Shown here: positions 1 through 9,794 of the stretch, one piece after another | How the letters are laid out: each line of letters begins with the position of its first letter | How positions within the stretch are numbered: the first letter of the stretch is position 1 | Source: an uncultured Thermoleophilia bacterium | GTDB lineage: Bacteria > Actinomycetota > Thermoleophilia > UBA2241 | NCBI GenBank assembly: GCA_963808735.1 | Contig: CAWEHE010000007.1 | Location: 17,655-81,654 of the forward strand | DNA: 64,000 bases | Reading direction: 5' to 3' | Notes under the pieces: model-generated | The model's database searches: none | What the model saw: only the letters and a program-made list of their open reading frames with translations | What the model was told of the DNA's origin: nothing | Program-made: the position numbers and the translations under genes

Positions 1-135
1 CGTACTAGATGCCCGCAGAACGTACCGCCGTGCCTGCGCAGTGTCAAGGCGGCGCCCGGTGGTATACTCGAGGGCAGTCGAGGCCGGCGCCTGGCTGGGC
101 GCCGGCTTTCGCGCGAACGGTGACTGGAGGGCCAC

Positions 136-1092
136 GTGATCATCACCGTCACCCCGAACGCCGCGGTGGACAAGACGCTCACCGTGCCCAACTTCCAGAC
201 AGGGTTCCGCCACCGCGCCAGCGAGGGCCTCACGCTCCCGGGCGGCAAGGGCATCAACATCGCCCGGGCGCTCAAGACGCTGGGCGAGCCCGTGGTCGTC
301 ACCGGGCTGGTCGGCGGCCGCGCCGGGCAGCAGATCGTCGAGGGTCTGCAGCGCGAGAACGTCCTCAACGACTTCGTCCACATCGGCGGCGAGTCGCGTA
401 CTTCCACGGCGGTCGTCGACCCCACGACCATGACGCAGACCGAGGTCGTGGAGTACGGCCCCGTGGTCACCGAGCAGGAGACGGAGGCGCTCCTCGACAA
501 GACCGAGTACCTGGCCAAGGGCGCGCGCTTCGTCGTGCTCGCCGGATCGCTGCCGCGCAAGGTCTCGGAGGACTTCTACGCGGCGGTGCTCCAGCGCATC
601 CGCCGGCACCGCTGTTTCGCCGTCCTCGACAGCGACGGCGAGCCGCTGCGCCGCGGCGTGCGTGGGCGGCCCAGTCTGGTCATCCCGAACCTCCGCGAGG
701 CGGAAGATCTGGTCGGCCACGAGTTCCACGACGACCAGGACCTCGTCGACGCCACCGCCCTCATGTGCGAGATGGGCGCGCGCAACGTCATCGTCAAGAC
801 CCAGTACGGGTGCGTGGCGCGCTTCCAGCTGGGGCGCAAGCAGCGCGTGTTCCGCGCCTCCATCGCGCCCCTCCAGACGGTGGTGAGCACGGTCGGCTCC
901 GGCGACGCCTTCCTCGCCGGCTTCATCAGCGCCCGGTTCCGCAAGCTCGACCTTTCCGAGTGCCTACGCCACGCGCTGGCCGCCGGCGCGGCGAACACGC
1001 AGCGGTACGGCGCCGGCGTGCTCGACGCCGGCCTCGCCGCCGAGCTCGTCGAGAGCGCCGACGTCGAAGAGCTGAGCGGCCGCCGCGCCTGA
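136..1092 (+). CDS. PfkB-family carbohydrate kinase (1-phosphofructokinase-like)
   Basis: GTG start. N-term MIITVTPNAAVDKTL...GGKGINIARAL and C-term GSGDAFLAGF are typical of FruK/PfkB ribokinase-fold kinases. Confidence 0.8.
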   Translation: MIITVTPNAAVDKTLTVPNFQTGFRHRASEGLTLPGGKGINIARALKTLGEPVVVTGLVGGRAGQQIVEGLQRENVLNDFVHIGGESRTSTAVVDPTTMTQTEVVEYGPVVTEQETEALLDKTEYLAKGARFVVLAGSLPRKVSEDFYAAVLQRIRRHRCFAVLDSDGEPLRRGVRGRPSLVIPNLREAEDLVGHEFHDDQDLVDATALMCEMGARNVIVKTQYGCVARFQLGRKQRVFRASIAPLQTVVSTVGSGDAFLAGFISARFRKLDLSECLRHALAAGAANTQRYGAGVLDAGLAAELVESADVEELSGRRA

Positions 1093-1258
1093 GCGGCCGC
1101 CCGGCGCCCCGTCCGTCCGCGGACCTGCCGCCGCCCCCTTCCGCGGCGCGTCCCGGCCATGTCGCCGCGCTGTTGATTCCCCCCGGAGCCGCTGGTAGAG
1201 TCGGGGCACGTTGCCACCACAGACAGCAAGCTCCCAGAGAAGCGCCCCACAGAGTTCA

Positions 1259-1293
1259 AAGACCCCGGCAGTAGGTCCGTGCCCGGGTCTTTT
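1259..1293 (+). terminator. Putative intrinsic terminator after pfkB-like gene
   Basis: Imperfect GC hairpin GACCCCGGCA...TGCCCGGGTC followed by TCTTTTGTCT. Confidence 0.4.
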
Positions 1294-1380
1294 GTCTATA
1301 GTCGGCGAACCTGCGTCGCGCCGCCAGTTGACGCGGCTTCGCCGGTCAATCCCGTTTCGCGCCCCTGTCAGGAGGACGGC

Positions 1381-2538
1381 ATGGAAGTAGAGATCGGCCG
1401 CGGCAAGAAGGGCCGCAGGGCCTACGGATTCGACGACATCGCCATCGTGCCCAGCCGCCGCACGCGCGACGCCGAGGACGTCGACATCACCTGGAAGCTC
1501 GGCCCGCACACGCAGCCGCTGCCGTGCCTCGCCTCGGCGATGGACGGCGTGGTCGATCCCGCGTTCGCCGTCACCATGGGCAAGCTCGGCGGCCTCGCCG
1601 TGCTCAACCTCGAGGGCGTCCAGACGCGCTACGAGGACGCCGGCGAGCAGCTCGACCGCATCGCGTCGCTCCCCAACGACACGGCGACGCGCACGATGCA
1701 GGAGATCTACAAGGAGCCCATCAAGGCCGAGCTCGTCGCGAAGCGCATCAAGGAGATCAAGGACGGCGGCGTGCTCGCCGCCGCGTCGCTCACGCCGCAG
1801 CGCGTGGAGGAGTACTACCAGGTCGCGCTCGACGCCGGCCTGGACGTGCTCGTCATCCAGGGCACCGTCGTCTCCGCGGAACACGTGAGCACCAGGGTCG
1901 AGCCACTCGATCTCAAGAAGTTCATCTCCGGCTGTGAGGTGCCGGTGATCGTGGGCGGCGTGGCCAGCTACGCCACCACGCTGCACCTCATGCGCACCGG
2001 CGCCGTGGGCGTGCTCGTCGGCGTCGGCCCCGGCCACGCCTGCACCACGCGCGGCGTGCTCGGCATCGGCGTCCCGCAGGCCACGGCCATCGCCGACGCC
2101 GCCGCGGCGCGCGTCCAGCACGTGCTCGAGACGGGCGAGTACTGCAACGTGATCGCCGACGGCGGCATGCGCACCGGCGGCGACGTCAGCAAGGCGATCG
2201 CCCTCGGCGCCGACGCCGTCATGATCGGCTCGCCGCTGGCCACCGCCAAGGAAGCGCCGGGCCGCGGCTACCACTGGGGCATGGCGACCTTCCACCCCGA
2301 GCTCCCGCGCGGCACGCGCGTCAAGGCCGGCACCAAGGGCACGCTCGAGGAGATCCTCCTCGGCCCGGCGCACGAGAACGACGGCACACGCAACCTGTTC
2401 GGCGCGCTGCGCACGAGCATGGCCACCTGCGGGTACGAGACGCTGAGCTCGTTCCAGAAGGCCGAGGTCATGGTCGCGCCGGCGCTGATGACCGAGGGCA
2501 AGAAGCTGCAGAAGGAGCAAGACGTCGGCATGGGCTGA
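1381..2538 (+). CDS. guaB3: IMP dehydrogenase family protein, GuaB3-type (no CBS pair)
   Basis: [40 protein letters not shown] matches actinobacterial GuaB3 N-terminus. IMPDH TIM-barrel motifs present; lies directly upstream of guaA. Confidence 0.75.
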   Translation: MEVEIGRGKKGRRAYGFDDIAIVPSRRTRDAEDVDITWKLGPHTQPLPCLASAMDGVVDPAFAVTMGKLGGLAVLNLEGVQTRYEDAGEQLDRIASLPNDTATRTMQEIYKEPIKAELVAKRIKEIKDGGVLAAASLTPQRVEEYYQVALDAGLDVLVIQGTVVSAEHVSTRVEPLDLKKFISGCEVPVIVGGVASYATTLHLMRTGAVGVLVGVGPGHACTTRGVLGIGVPQATAIADAAAARVQHVLETGEYCNVIADGGMRTGGDVSKAIALGADAVMIGSPLATAKEAPGRGYHWGMATFHPELPRGTRVKAGTKGTLEEILLGPAHENDGTRNLFGALRTSMATCGYETLSSFQKAEVMVAPALMTEGKKLQKEQDVGMG

Positions 2539-2548
2539 GGGAGGCGAC

Positions 2549-4105
2549 GTGGCACCAGGTACGCCGGAGATCAAGGGGTTCGACACCGTCCTCGTCCTCG
2601 ACTACGGGGCGCAGTACGGCCAGCTCATCGCGCGCCGCGTGCGCGAGTGCCGCGTCTACTCGGAGCTGATCCCGCACGACGCGTCGATCGAGCGCATCAA
2701 GAGCTACGACCCCAAGGGCATCATCCTCTCCGGCGGGCCCATGAGCGTCTACGTCGAGGACGCGCCCAGGGTCGATCCGGAGATCTTCGCGCTCGGCGTG
2801 CCGGTGCTCGGCATCTGCTACGGCGCCCAGGGCATCGCCCTCGAGCTCGGCGGCACCGTCGCGCGCACGGGGCTCAGCGAGTTCGGCAAGACGACGCTCA
2901 ACGTCTTCAAGCAAGGGCTCATCCTCGACAGCATGCGCGGCGAAGAGCAGTGCTGGATGAGCCACCGCGACAGCATCACCGAGCCGCCGCCCGGTTTCGA
3001 AGTGCTGGCGGCGACCCAGGGCGCTCCCGTGGCCGCCATGGAAGACCGGGAGCGCGGCTTCTACGCGGTGCAGTTCCACCCTGAGGTAGTCCACACGCCC
3101 AAGGGCATGGACGTACTCCGCAGCTTCCTCTACAAGGCCTGCGGCTGCGCCCCGGCCTTCACGCCCGAGTCCATCATCGAGGAGTCCATCCGCAAGATCC
3201 GCGAGCAGGTCGGCGAGTCCAAGGCCATTCTCGGGCTGTCGGGCGGCGTCGACTCGTCGGTCGCCGCGCTGCTCATGTACAGGGCCATCGGCGACCGGCT
3301 CACCTGCGTGTTCGTCGACCAGGGCATGATGCGCATGCGCGAGGCCGACCGGGTGGTCGAGACGTTCTCCGGCACGTTCGGCATCCCACTGGTCTCGGTC
3401 GACGCCAGCGACCGCTTCCTGGGCAAGCTCGAGGGCGTCACCGAGCCCGAGCGCAAGCGCAAGATCATCGGCGAGGAGTTCATCCGCTGCTTCGAGGAGG
3501 AGGCGCGCAAGCTCACCGACGCCAAGTTCCTCGTGCAGGGCACGCTCTACAGCGACGTCATCGAGAGCGGCACGCGCCAGGCCGCCAAGATCAAGAGCCA
3601 CCACAACGTGGGCGGCCTGCCCGAGAAGATGGACTTCGAGCTGGTCGAGCCGCTGCGCTGGCTGTTCAAGGACGAGGTCCGGGCGGTCGGCGAGGAGCTG
3701 GGGCTGCCGGAGCACATCGTCTGGCGGCAGCCCTTCCCGGGTCCCGGCCTCGCCATCCGCATCATCGGCGAGATCACCCGCGAGCGCGTGGACGTACTGC
3801 AGCGCGCCGACGCGATCGTCCAGGAGGAGATCCGCAAGGCCGGCCTGTACCGCGAGCTCTGGCAGTGCTTCGCCATCCTGCCCGTCATCCGCAGCGTCGG
3901 CGTGCAGGGCGACGAGCGCACCTACGGCTACCCGATCGCCATCCGCGCCGTCACCAGCGACGACGCCATGACCGCCGACTGGGCGCATCTGCCCTACGCG
4001 CTGCTCGAGACGCTCTCCTCGCGCATCATCAACGAGGTTCCCGAGGTCAATCGCGTCGTCTACGACGTCTCGAGCAAGCCGCCGAGCACCATCGAGTGGG
4101 AATGA
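2549..4105 (+). CDS. guaA: GMP synthase (glutamine-hydrolysing)
   Basis: GATase-1 domain ([13 protein letters not shown]), ATP-PPase SGGVDSSV motif and conserved C-terminus. Confidence 0.9.
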   Translation: MAPGTPEIKGFDTVLVLDYGAQYGQLIARRVRECRVYSELIPHDASIERIKSYDPKGIILSGGPMSVYVEDAPRVDPEIFALGVPVLGICYGAQGIALELGGTVARTGLSEFGKTTLNVFKQGLILDSMRGEEQCWMSHRDSITEPPPGFEVLAATQGAPVAAMEDRERGFYAVQFHPEVVHTPKGMDVLRSFLYKACGCAPAFTPESIIEESIRKIREQVGESKAILGLSGGVDSSVAALLMYRAIGDRLTCVFVDQGMMRMREADRVVETFSGTFGIPLVSVDASDRFLGKLEGVTEPERKRKIIGEEFIRCFEEEARKLTDAKFLVQGTLYSDVIESGTRQAAKIKSHHNVGGLPEKMDFELVEPLRWLFKDEVRAVGEELGLPEHIVWRQPFPGPGLAIRIIGEITRERVDVLQRADAIVQEEIRKAGLYRELWQCFAILPVIRSVGVQGDERTYGYPIAIRAVTSDDAMTADWAHLPYALLETLSSRIINEVPEVNRVVYDVSSKPPSTIEWE

Positions 4106-4149
4106 CCGCCGCAGGCGCGCCGTCAGGCGTCCGCCGAAGGTGAGTCATC

Positions 4150-4177
4150 GTGCGGTGCGCCGCAAGGCACACCGCAC
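4150..4177 (+). terminator. Possible terminator hairpin after guaA
   Basis: Perfect 8-bp stem GTGCGGTG/CACCGCAC with 12-nt loop; weak T-tract. Confidence 0.3.
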
Positions 4178-4241
4178 TGTAGGGTAGCCCAGCGCTGCTC
4201 CGGCGCTGAACCGGGCTGCGCTCCGGCGCGTCCCGGGTATC

Positions 4242-4991
4242 ATGGAGACGACCATGCTGCCGCGCCGCGCCCTGATCTTCCTCGCCGTCGCCTGGATCCT
4301 CGTGATGCTCTATCCGGATCCGGGCATGCTGGTGCGCAGCGTGCGCAACACGGCGCGTCCGCGGATCCAGCCCGAGGCCGTCGCGGCGCTGGCCGCACGC
4401 CTGCCCGACGATCCCCGCGCGATCGAGGCCTACGTGCTGGACGAGCAGGTGCCCTACGCCTACGACTGGCAGTCGGCCGGCGTGCCCTGGTACTTCCCGA
4501 CCACGGCCGAGGCCGTGCGCTCCGGGGCCGGCGACTGCGAGAGCAGGGCCGTCGTGCTCGCGAGCATCCTCACGGCCAAGGGCATCCCCAACGAGCTGCG
4601 CCTGAGCCTCGACCACATCTGGGTGGACTACCCTGGCAAGCAGGCGAACGCGATCGAGAACGCCGGCGTGCAGTTCGCCGGCCGCGAGAACGGCCGCTTC
4701 TTCCTGCACTGGCCCGAGGACTTCCAGCTGGGCCAGGAGATCTCCGACCAGCTGGCGATCTACTGGACGCCGGCGCCGGCGTGGCGCGTGCTGCTGCTCG
4801 TCGCCGGCCTCTCGCTCATCGTGCTCTGGAACGCCGTCGCCCGGCGGCTCGGCGCCGGCCGTCTCTCGGGCGATGGGCTGCTCTCGGGCGAGCGCGGGCG
4901 GCGTGGGCGCCGGGCGCCCCGGCGGGTCCCAGGCGCAGCCCCGGCGGCGCCCGCCCGCTCCGGGGCCGTCGCCGGGCCGCAGCGGGCCTGA
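4242..4991 (+). CDS. Transglutaminase-like superfamily membrane protein
   Basis: N-terminal TM helix, Cys motif GDCESRAV and His motif DHIWVDY (transglutaminase-like Cys/His core), second TM near C-terminus. C-terminal Arg-rich tail may be over-extension. Confidence 0.45.
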   Translation: METTMLPRRALIFLAVAWILVMLYPDPGMLVRSVRNTARPRIQPEAVAALAARLPDDPRAIEAYVLDEQVPYAYDWQSAGVPWYFPTTAEAVRSGAGDCESRAVVLASILTAKGIPNELRLSLDHIWVDYPGKQANAIENAGVQFAGRENGRFFLHWPEDFQLGQEISDQLAIYWTPAPAWRVLLLVAGLSLIVLWNAVARRLGAGRLSGDGLLSGERGRRGRRAPRRVPGAAPAAPARSGAVAGPQRA

Positions 4992-5110
4992 CGCCGCGGG
5001 CGCTGCCCGCTTCTTCCGCCGGCCGCCGGTTCTGTGCCGCCGCTTCTGTCCACCCCGCCGTGTGCGATACGCTCGTGCCGGCACTGGCCCGCCCCGGCGA
5101 AGGAGACCCC

Positions 5111-6149
5111 ATGAAGACGATCGACCTGCGCAGCGACACCGTCACGCGGCCGTCACCCGCGATGCGCGCGGCGATGCTCGAGGCGGAGGTCGGGGACGAC
5201 GTGCTCGGCGACGACCCCACGGTCGCCGCCCTGCAGGACTTCGCCGCGGACCTCCTGGGCAAGGAGGCCGCGCTCTACTTCCCGTCCGGCACCATGTGCA
5301 ACCAGGCGGCCGTGCGCGCGCTCACGCGGCGCGGCGACGAGGCCTTTCTCCACGCCCAGGCGCACATCGTGTTCTACGAGCAGGGCGCGGCGTCGGCGCT
5401 CAGCCAGGTGCAGCTGCGCGTGTTCGACTCCCCGGACGGCACGCTCGACCTCGAGAAGATGGAGGAGTACGTCCACACCGACGCCGACGTGCACTGGGCG
5501 CCCACGCGGCTCGTGTGCCTCGAGCAGACGCACAATCACTGCGGCGGCGTGGTGCTGCCGATGGAGCACATCCTGGCCGTGCGCGACTTCTGCGACGGGC
5601 ACGGCCTGAAGATGCACCTCGACGGCGCGCGGCTGTTCAACGCCGTGGCGGCCACCGGCGTGAGCGCCGCAGAGTACGCGGCGCCCTTCGACACCGTCAG
5701 CATCTGCCTGTCGAAGGGCCTCGGCGCGCCCGTCGGCTCGGTACTCGCCATGGACGCCGCCACGCTGCCGGCGGCGGCCCGCGCCCGCAAGGTCCTCGGC
5801 GGCGGCATGCGCCAGGCCGGCATCATCGCCGCCGGCGGGCTCTACGCCCTCGAGCACAACGTCGAGCGGCTCGCCGACGACCACCGCCGGGCGCGGCGAC
5901 TGGCGGAGGCGCTCGCCGCGCTGCCCGGGGCTGGCCGTCGACCTCGAGACGGTGCAGACGAACATGGTGTTCGCCGGCACGCGCGGGACGGGGATGCCTG
6001 CGGCCGAGTTGGTGGAGCGCCTCGCCGCCGAAGGCGTGCTCTGCCTCGACGAGGCGCCGTGGTCGATCCGCTTCGTCACGCACCTCGACGTGGACGACGA
6101 CGGCCTCGAGACCGCGATCGAGGGCGTGGCGAGGGCGCTCGGCGCCTGA
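5111..6149 (+). pseudogene. ltaE: Low-specificity L-threonine aldolase, interrupted by +1 frameshift near 5927-5930
   Basis: MKTIDLRSDTVTRPS... is diagnostic of LtaE. Frame breaks after ...LAEALAALPG at a GGGG run; C-terminus LAVDLETVQTNMVFAG...EGVARALGA continues in another frame (ORF 5952..6149). Confidence 0.7.
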
Positions 6150-6215
6150 CGCGCGGCCGGGCGGGCGTCACCTGCGGTGCACACCGGGCGCCGCCGCGCT
6201 CCGCCGCCGAGGGGC

Positions 6216-6899
6216 CTAGCCGCGCAGGGACGCGACCGGGTTGCGCAGCACGCCGATGCCCTCGACCTCGACCTCGACCACGTCGCCGTGCCGCAGTGGC
6301 ACCTTGGGGTCGCGGAAGATGCCCACGCCCGCGGGCGTGCCCGTGAGGATCAGGTCGCCGGGCAGCAGCGTCAGCGCGTGCGAGATGAACGAGACCAGGT
6401 CGCGCACCCCGAAGAGGAGCCGGCTGGTGCGCGAGTCCTGCAGCGTCTCGCCGTTGAGGCGCTGCTCCACGCGCAGGTCGCCGGCGTCGCCCAGCTCGCT
6501 CACGGGCACGATGACGGGACCAATGGGGCAGAAGGTGTCCTGGCTCTTGCCGCGGAACCACTGCCCGTCGCCGAACTGCAGGTCACGCGCGCTCACGTCG
6601 TTGCCGCACAGATAGCCGTGCACCACCTCGAGGACGTCGTCGGCCGCGACGTCGTGCGCCTCGCGGCCGATGACGACGGCCAGCTCGGCCTCCGCGTCGA
6701 CATGTCCGATCTCGCGCGGGAGGACGATGTCCTCACCGTCTCCGCACAGGGCGTTCGCGAACTTGGCGAACAGCATGGGGTTCGCCGGCAGCCGCACGCC
6801 CTGCTCCGCCGCGTGGTCCGTGTAGTTGAGACCCACGCAGACGATCTTCGGCTCGGTGCGCCCGAACCGGGTCAGCCAGTCATCGCGCCAGTCGTACAT
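6216..6899 (-). CDS. Fumarylacetoacetate hydrolase (FAH) family protein
   Basis: KIVCVGLNYTDHAAE...LILTGTPAGVG is typical of the FAH/HpcE/MhpD family. Confidence 0.8.
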   Translation of the reverse strand: MYDWRDDWLTRFGRTEPKIVCVGLNYTDHAAEQGVRLPANPMLFAKFANALCGDGEDIVLPREIGHVDAEAELAVVIGREAHDVAADDVLEVVHGYLCGNDVSARDLQFGDGQWFRGKSQDTFCPIGPVIVPVSELGDAGDLRVEQRLNGETLQDSRTSRLLFGVRDLVSFISHALTLLPGDLILTGTPAGVGIFRDPKVPLRHGDVVEVEVEGIGVLRNPVASLRG

Positions 6900-7089
6900 G
6901 GTCGGCCCTCCTCGGGCGCAAACCTACCAGATGCGGGGGCGGGGGGGCTCCGTCACAACCGCTCGTCCCGGGTCGGGCATGATACCGCGCTCCCACCCGT
7001 GCTGTCCCGCTTCTTTGGTACTTGACATCCACTGGCTGACGGCCAAGCTCTTTCCACCTGGGTGGATACCGGCCGGGACGGGAGGACTC

Positions 7090-8460
7090 ATGACGGATCA
7101 AGAGCAGCAGGCGGGCGGCGCGCTTCAGCAGGACTTCCTCGGCCACCTCTGGCCGCCGTTCACGCAGATGCAGGGCCTCAAACCGGTGATCATGGAGCGC
7201 GCCGAGGGCGCGCTCGTCTACGACTCGGACGGCAACGAGTACATCGACGCCTTCGCCAGCCTCTGGACCGTCAACGTCGGCCACGGCCGCCAGGAGATCT
7301 ACGACGCCATCAACGCCCAGATGCAGAAGCTGGCCATCTACCACATCTTCCAGATCGCCAACGAGCCGGCGATCAAGCTCGCCGCCAAGGTGGCGGAGCA
7401 CATGCCCGGCGACCTCAACCACGTGTTCCTCACGCTGGGCGGAGGGGAGTCGGTGGAGACCGCCGTCAAGATGGCGCGACAGTACTGGCGCAACAAGGGC
7501 AAGGGCACCAAGTACATGGTCATGTTCCGCGACCGCTCCTACCACGGCACCACCATGACCAGCGTCAGCGCCCAGGGCCTCACCGTGAACCGCGCCAAGT
7601 TCGAGCCGCTGTTGCCCGGCTTCATCAAGCTCGGAGCGCCCTACTGCTACCGCTGCGCCTGGAACAAGACCTACGGCGACGACTGCAAGATGGAGTGCGC
7701 CACGCAGGTCGCGCAGGAGATCGCCTTCTACGGCCCCGAGAACGTGGGCACCATGCTCGGCGAGACGATGATCGGCACCGGCGGCGTGATCCCGCCGCCG
7801 CCCGAGTACTGGCCGATGGTGAACGAGATCTGCAAGGCCAACGAGGTGCTCGTGATCAACGACGAGGTGATCACCGGGTTCGGCCGCGCCGGCACCTGGT
7901 TCGGCTTCGAGCAGTTCGGCTCCGACCCCGACCTGATCACGCTCGCCAAGGGGCTCTCGTCCGGCTACCTGCCGCTCGGCGCCGTGGGCGCCAGGGACCA
8001 CGTCTTCGACGCCTTCCTCGGCGGCCCCGGCGAGGCCTTCATGAGCGGCGCCACCTATATGGGCCATCCGCTCTGCTGCGCCGCCGGCATCGCCAACCTC
8101 GAGATCGTCGAGCGCGAGAACCTGGTCGAGCGCTGCGCCGAGCTCGGCCCGTACCTGCAGGGCGGCCTCGCGACGCTGCTCGCGCACCCCATCGTCGGCG
8201 ACGTGCGCGGCGTCGGCCTCGTGGCCGGCATCGAGTACGTCAAGGACAAGGGGACGCGCGAGTGGTTCGCGCCGGCGCAGGGCGTCGCCGCGAAGATCCG
8301 CGACGAGGCCTTCAAGCGCGGCGTCTTCGTGCGCCTGCTCGGCGGCGGCCACGTACACGCGGTCGCGCCGCCGTTCATCATCAGCAAGGAGCAGATCGAC
8401 ACCGTCGTCAGCGTGCTCGACGAGGCCATCGGAGTCGTCGAGAACGAGCTGGGGTACTGA
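7090..8460 (+). CDS. Class-III (omega) aminotransferase, candidate 4-aminobutyrate/beta-alanine-pyruvate aminotransferase
   Basis: PLP fold type I class III: SLWTVNVGHG, VINDEVITGFGRAGTWFG. Faces the 4-hydroxybutyrate cluster. Confidence 0.8.
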   Translation: MTDQEQQAGGALQQDFLGHLWPPFTQMQGLKPVIMERAEGALVYDSDGNEYIDAFASLWTVNVGHGRQEIYDAINAQMQKLAIYHIFQIANEPAIKLAAKVAEHMPGDLNHVFLTLGGGESVETAVKMARQYWRNKGKGTKYMVMFRDRSYHGTTMTSVSAQGLTVNRAKFEPLLPGFIKLGAPYCYRCAWNKTYGDDCKMECATQVAQEIAFYGPENVGTMLGETMIGTGGVIPPPPEYWPMVNEICKANEVLVINDEVITGFGRAGTWFGFEQFGSDPDLITLAKGLSSGYLPLGAVGARDHVFDAFLGGPGEAFMSGATYMGHPLCCAAGIANLEIVERENLVERCAELGPYLQGGLATLLAHPIVGDVRGVGLVAGIEYVKDKGTREWFAPAQGVAAKIRDEAFKRGVFVRLLGGGHVHAVAPPFIISKEQIDTVVSVLDEAIGVVENELGY

Positions 8461-8541
8461 AGCGGCCGCACGAACGAAAGGGCGGGCGGGGCGCTGGTGC
8501 GCCCCGCCCGCCCTCGGCTCTTGCGGCCGGCGCGAGGCCGG

Positions 8542-9768
8542 CTACTTCTTGGCGGCGGCCTTCTTGGCCGGCGCCTTCTTCTCCTTGACCGGCTCGGTGC
8601 CGGGCTTGACGGCCATGTTGCGGTAGACCTGCTCCATGTCCTCGGCGGTGAACTTGCGCGGGTTGTTGTTCCACAGGCGGGCCTGCGTGAGGGCGCCCTT
8701 GACCAGGTCCGGGATCGCCGACTCGGGGATGCCGACCTCGTTGAGGTACTGCGGCACCTCGAGGTCTTCGGCCAGCGTGCGCAGCGCCTGCACCGTGACC
8801 TCGCAGCCCTCGCGGTCGCTGAGACCTTCCATGTTCTCGCCCATGTACTCGCCGATCTCGCGGAAGAACTGCGGGCAGGCCAGCATGTTGTACTCCATGA
8901 CCCACGGGAGCATGAGCGTGTTGGCGATGCCGTGCGGCACGTGGAACATGCCGCCGATGGGGTAGCTCATGGCGTGCACCGCGCCCACTCCGGCGTTGCC
9001 GAAGGAGATGCCGCCGAGCAGGGAGCCGATGGCCATGTTGTGACGCGCCCAGGCGTTGTTGCCGTCGAACACGGCGGTGCGGATGCTCTTGCTGATCAGC
9101 TTGATGCCCTCGGCGGCGAGCGGGTCGGTGTGCATCGTGGCGTTCACCGAGATGTAGGCCTCGATGTTGTGGATCAGGGCGTCCATGCCGCTGGCGGCGG
9201 TGACGCCCGCCGGGCAGCTGTAGGTGAGCACGGGGTCGACGAGCGCGATGTTGGGGATGAGGTGGGGGCTCACGACGCCCTGCTTCACGTTCAGCTTCTC
9301 GTTGCTGAAGATGGCGATGGCCGTGACTTCGGTGCCGGTGCCGGCGGTGGTGGGCACGGCGATGAAGGGCAGACCCTTGTGCGGCACCTGGTCGATGCCC
9401 ACGTAGTCCTCGAGCCGGTCGTCGTTGGGGGCGAGGACGGCGACCACCTTGGCGACGTCGATGGCGGAGCCGCCACCGAAGCCGACGATGAGGTCGTACT
9501 TGCCCTCCTTGGCGAGATCGACGATCTCGTGCACGCTGCCCATGGGCGGCTCGGGGACGGCCTTGTCGTAGATGCCGACCTCCATGCCTGCCGCGCGCAG
9601 CGGGTCTTCCACGCTGGAGACCGTGCCGCAGCACGCGACGCCGGGGTCGGTGATGATGAGCACCTTCTCGGCGTGCAGCTTCTTGGCCTCGGCGCCGATC
9701 TGGGCGACGCAGCCGTTCCCCGTGATCAGGGTCTTCGGCGCCCTGTGGACGCGGATCTTGGTATCCAT
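8542..9768 (-). CDS. Iron-containing alcohol dehydrogenase, candidate 4-hydroxybutyrate dehydrogenase / succinate-semialdehyde reductase
   Basis: Fe-ADH family (GGGSAIDVAK; His metal ligands AVHAMSYPIGGMFHVPHG). C-terminal Lys/Ala/Pro-rich tail PVKEKKAPAKKAAAKK. Confidence 0.75.
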   Translation of the reverse strand: MDTKIRVHRAPKTLITGNGCVAQIGAEAKKLHAEKVLIITDPGVACCGTVSSVEDPLRAAGMEVGIYDKAVPEPPMGSVHEIVDLAKEGKYDLIVGFGGGSAIDVAKVVAVLAPNDDRLEDYVGIDQVPHKGLPFIAVPTTAGTGTEVTAIAIFSNEKLNVKQGVVSPHLIPNIALVDPVLTYSCPAGVTAASGMDALIHNIEAYISVNATMHTDPLAAEGIKLISKSIRTAVFDGNNAWARHNMAIGSLLGGISFGNAGVGAVHAMSYPIGGMFHVPHGIANTLMLPWVMEYNMLACPQFFREIGEYMGENMEGLSDREGCEVTVQALRTLAEDLEVPQYLNEVGIPESAIPDLVKGALTQARLWNNNPRKFTAEDMEQVYRNMAVKPGTEPVKEKKAPAKKAAAKK

Positions 9769-9794
9769 GGCTTCTCTCTCCTCCGTTGGGTCTG

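Noticed and set aside
9-1274. 421-aa ORF overlapping the PfkB-family gene in another frame
   Set aside because: Arg/Pro/Gly-rich low-complexity translation with no domain. It overlaps a well-supported kinase ORF and is a GC-driven artefact.
964-3988. Long minus-strand ORFs (964..2586, 2468..3988) antisense to guaB3 and guaA
   Set aside because: Antisense to highly conserved genes. Composition is typical of spurious high-GC ORFs (Ala/Arg/Gly/Asp/Val runs).
4781-5110. Upstream extension of the threonine aldolase ORF
   Set aside because: The Arg/Pro-rich extension overlaps the preceding gene's tail. The conserved LtaE N-terminus begins at ATG 5111, which has an AGGAGA Shine-Dalgarno.
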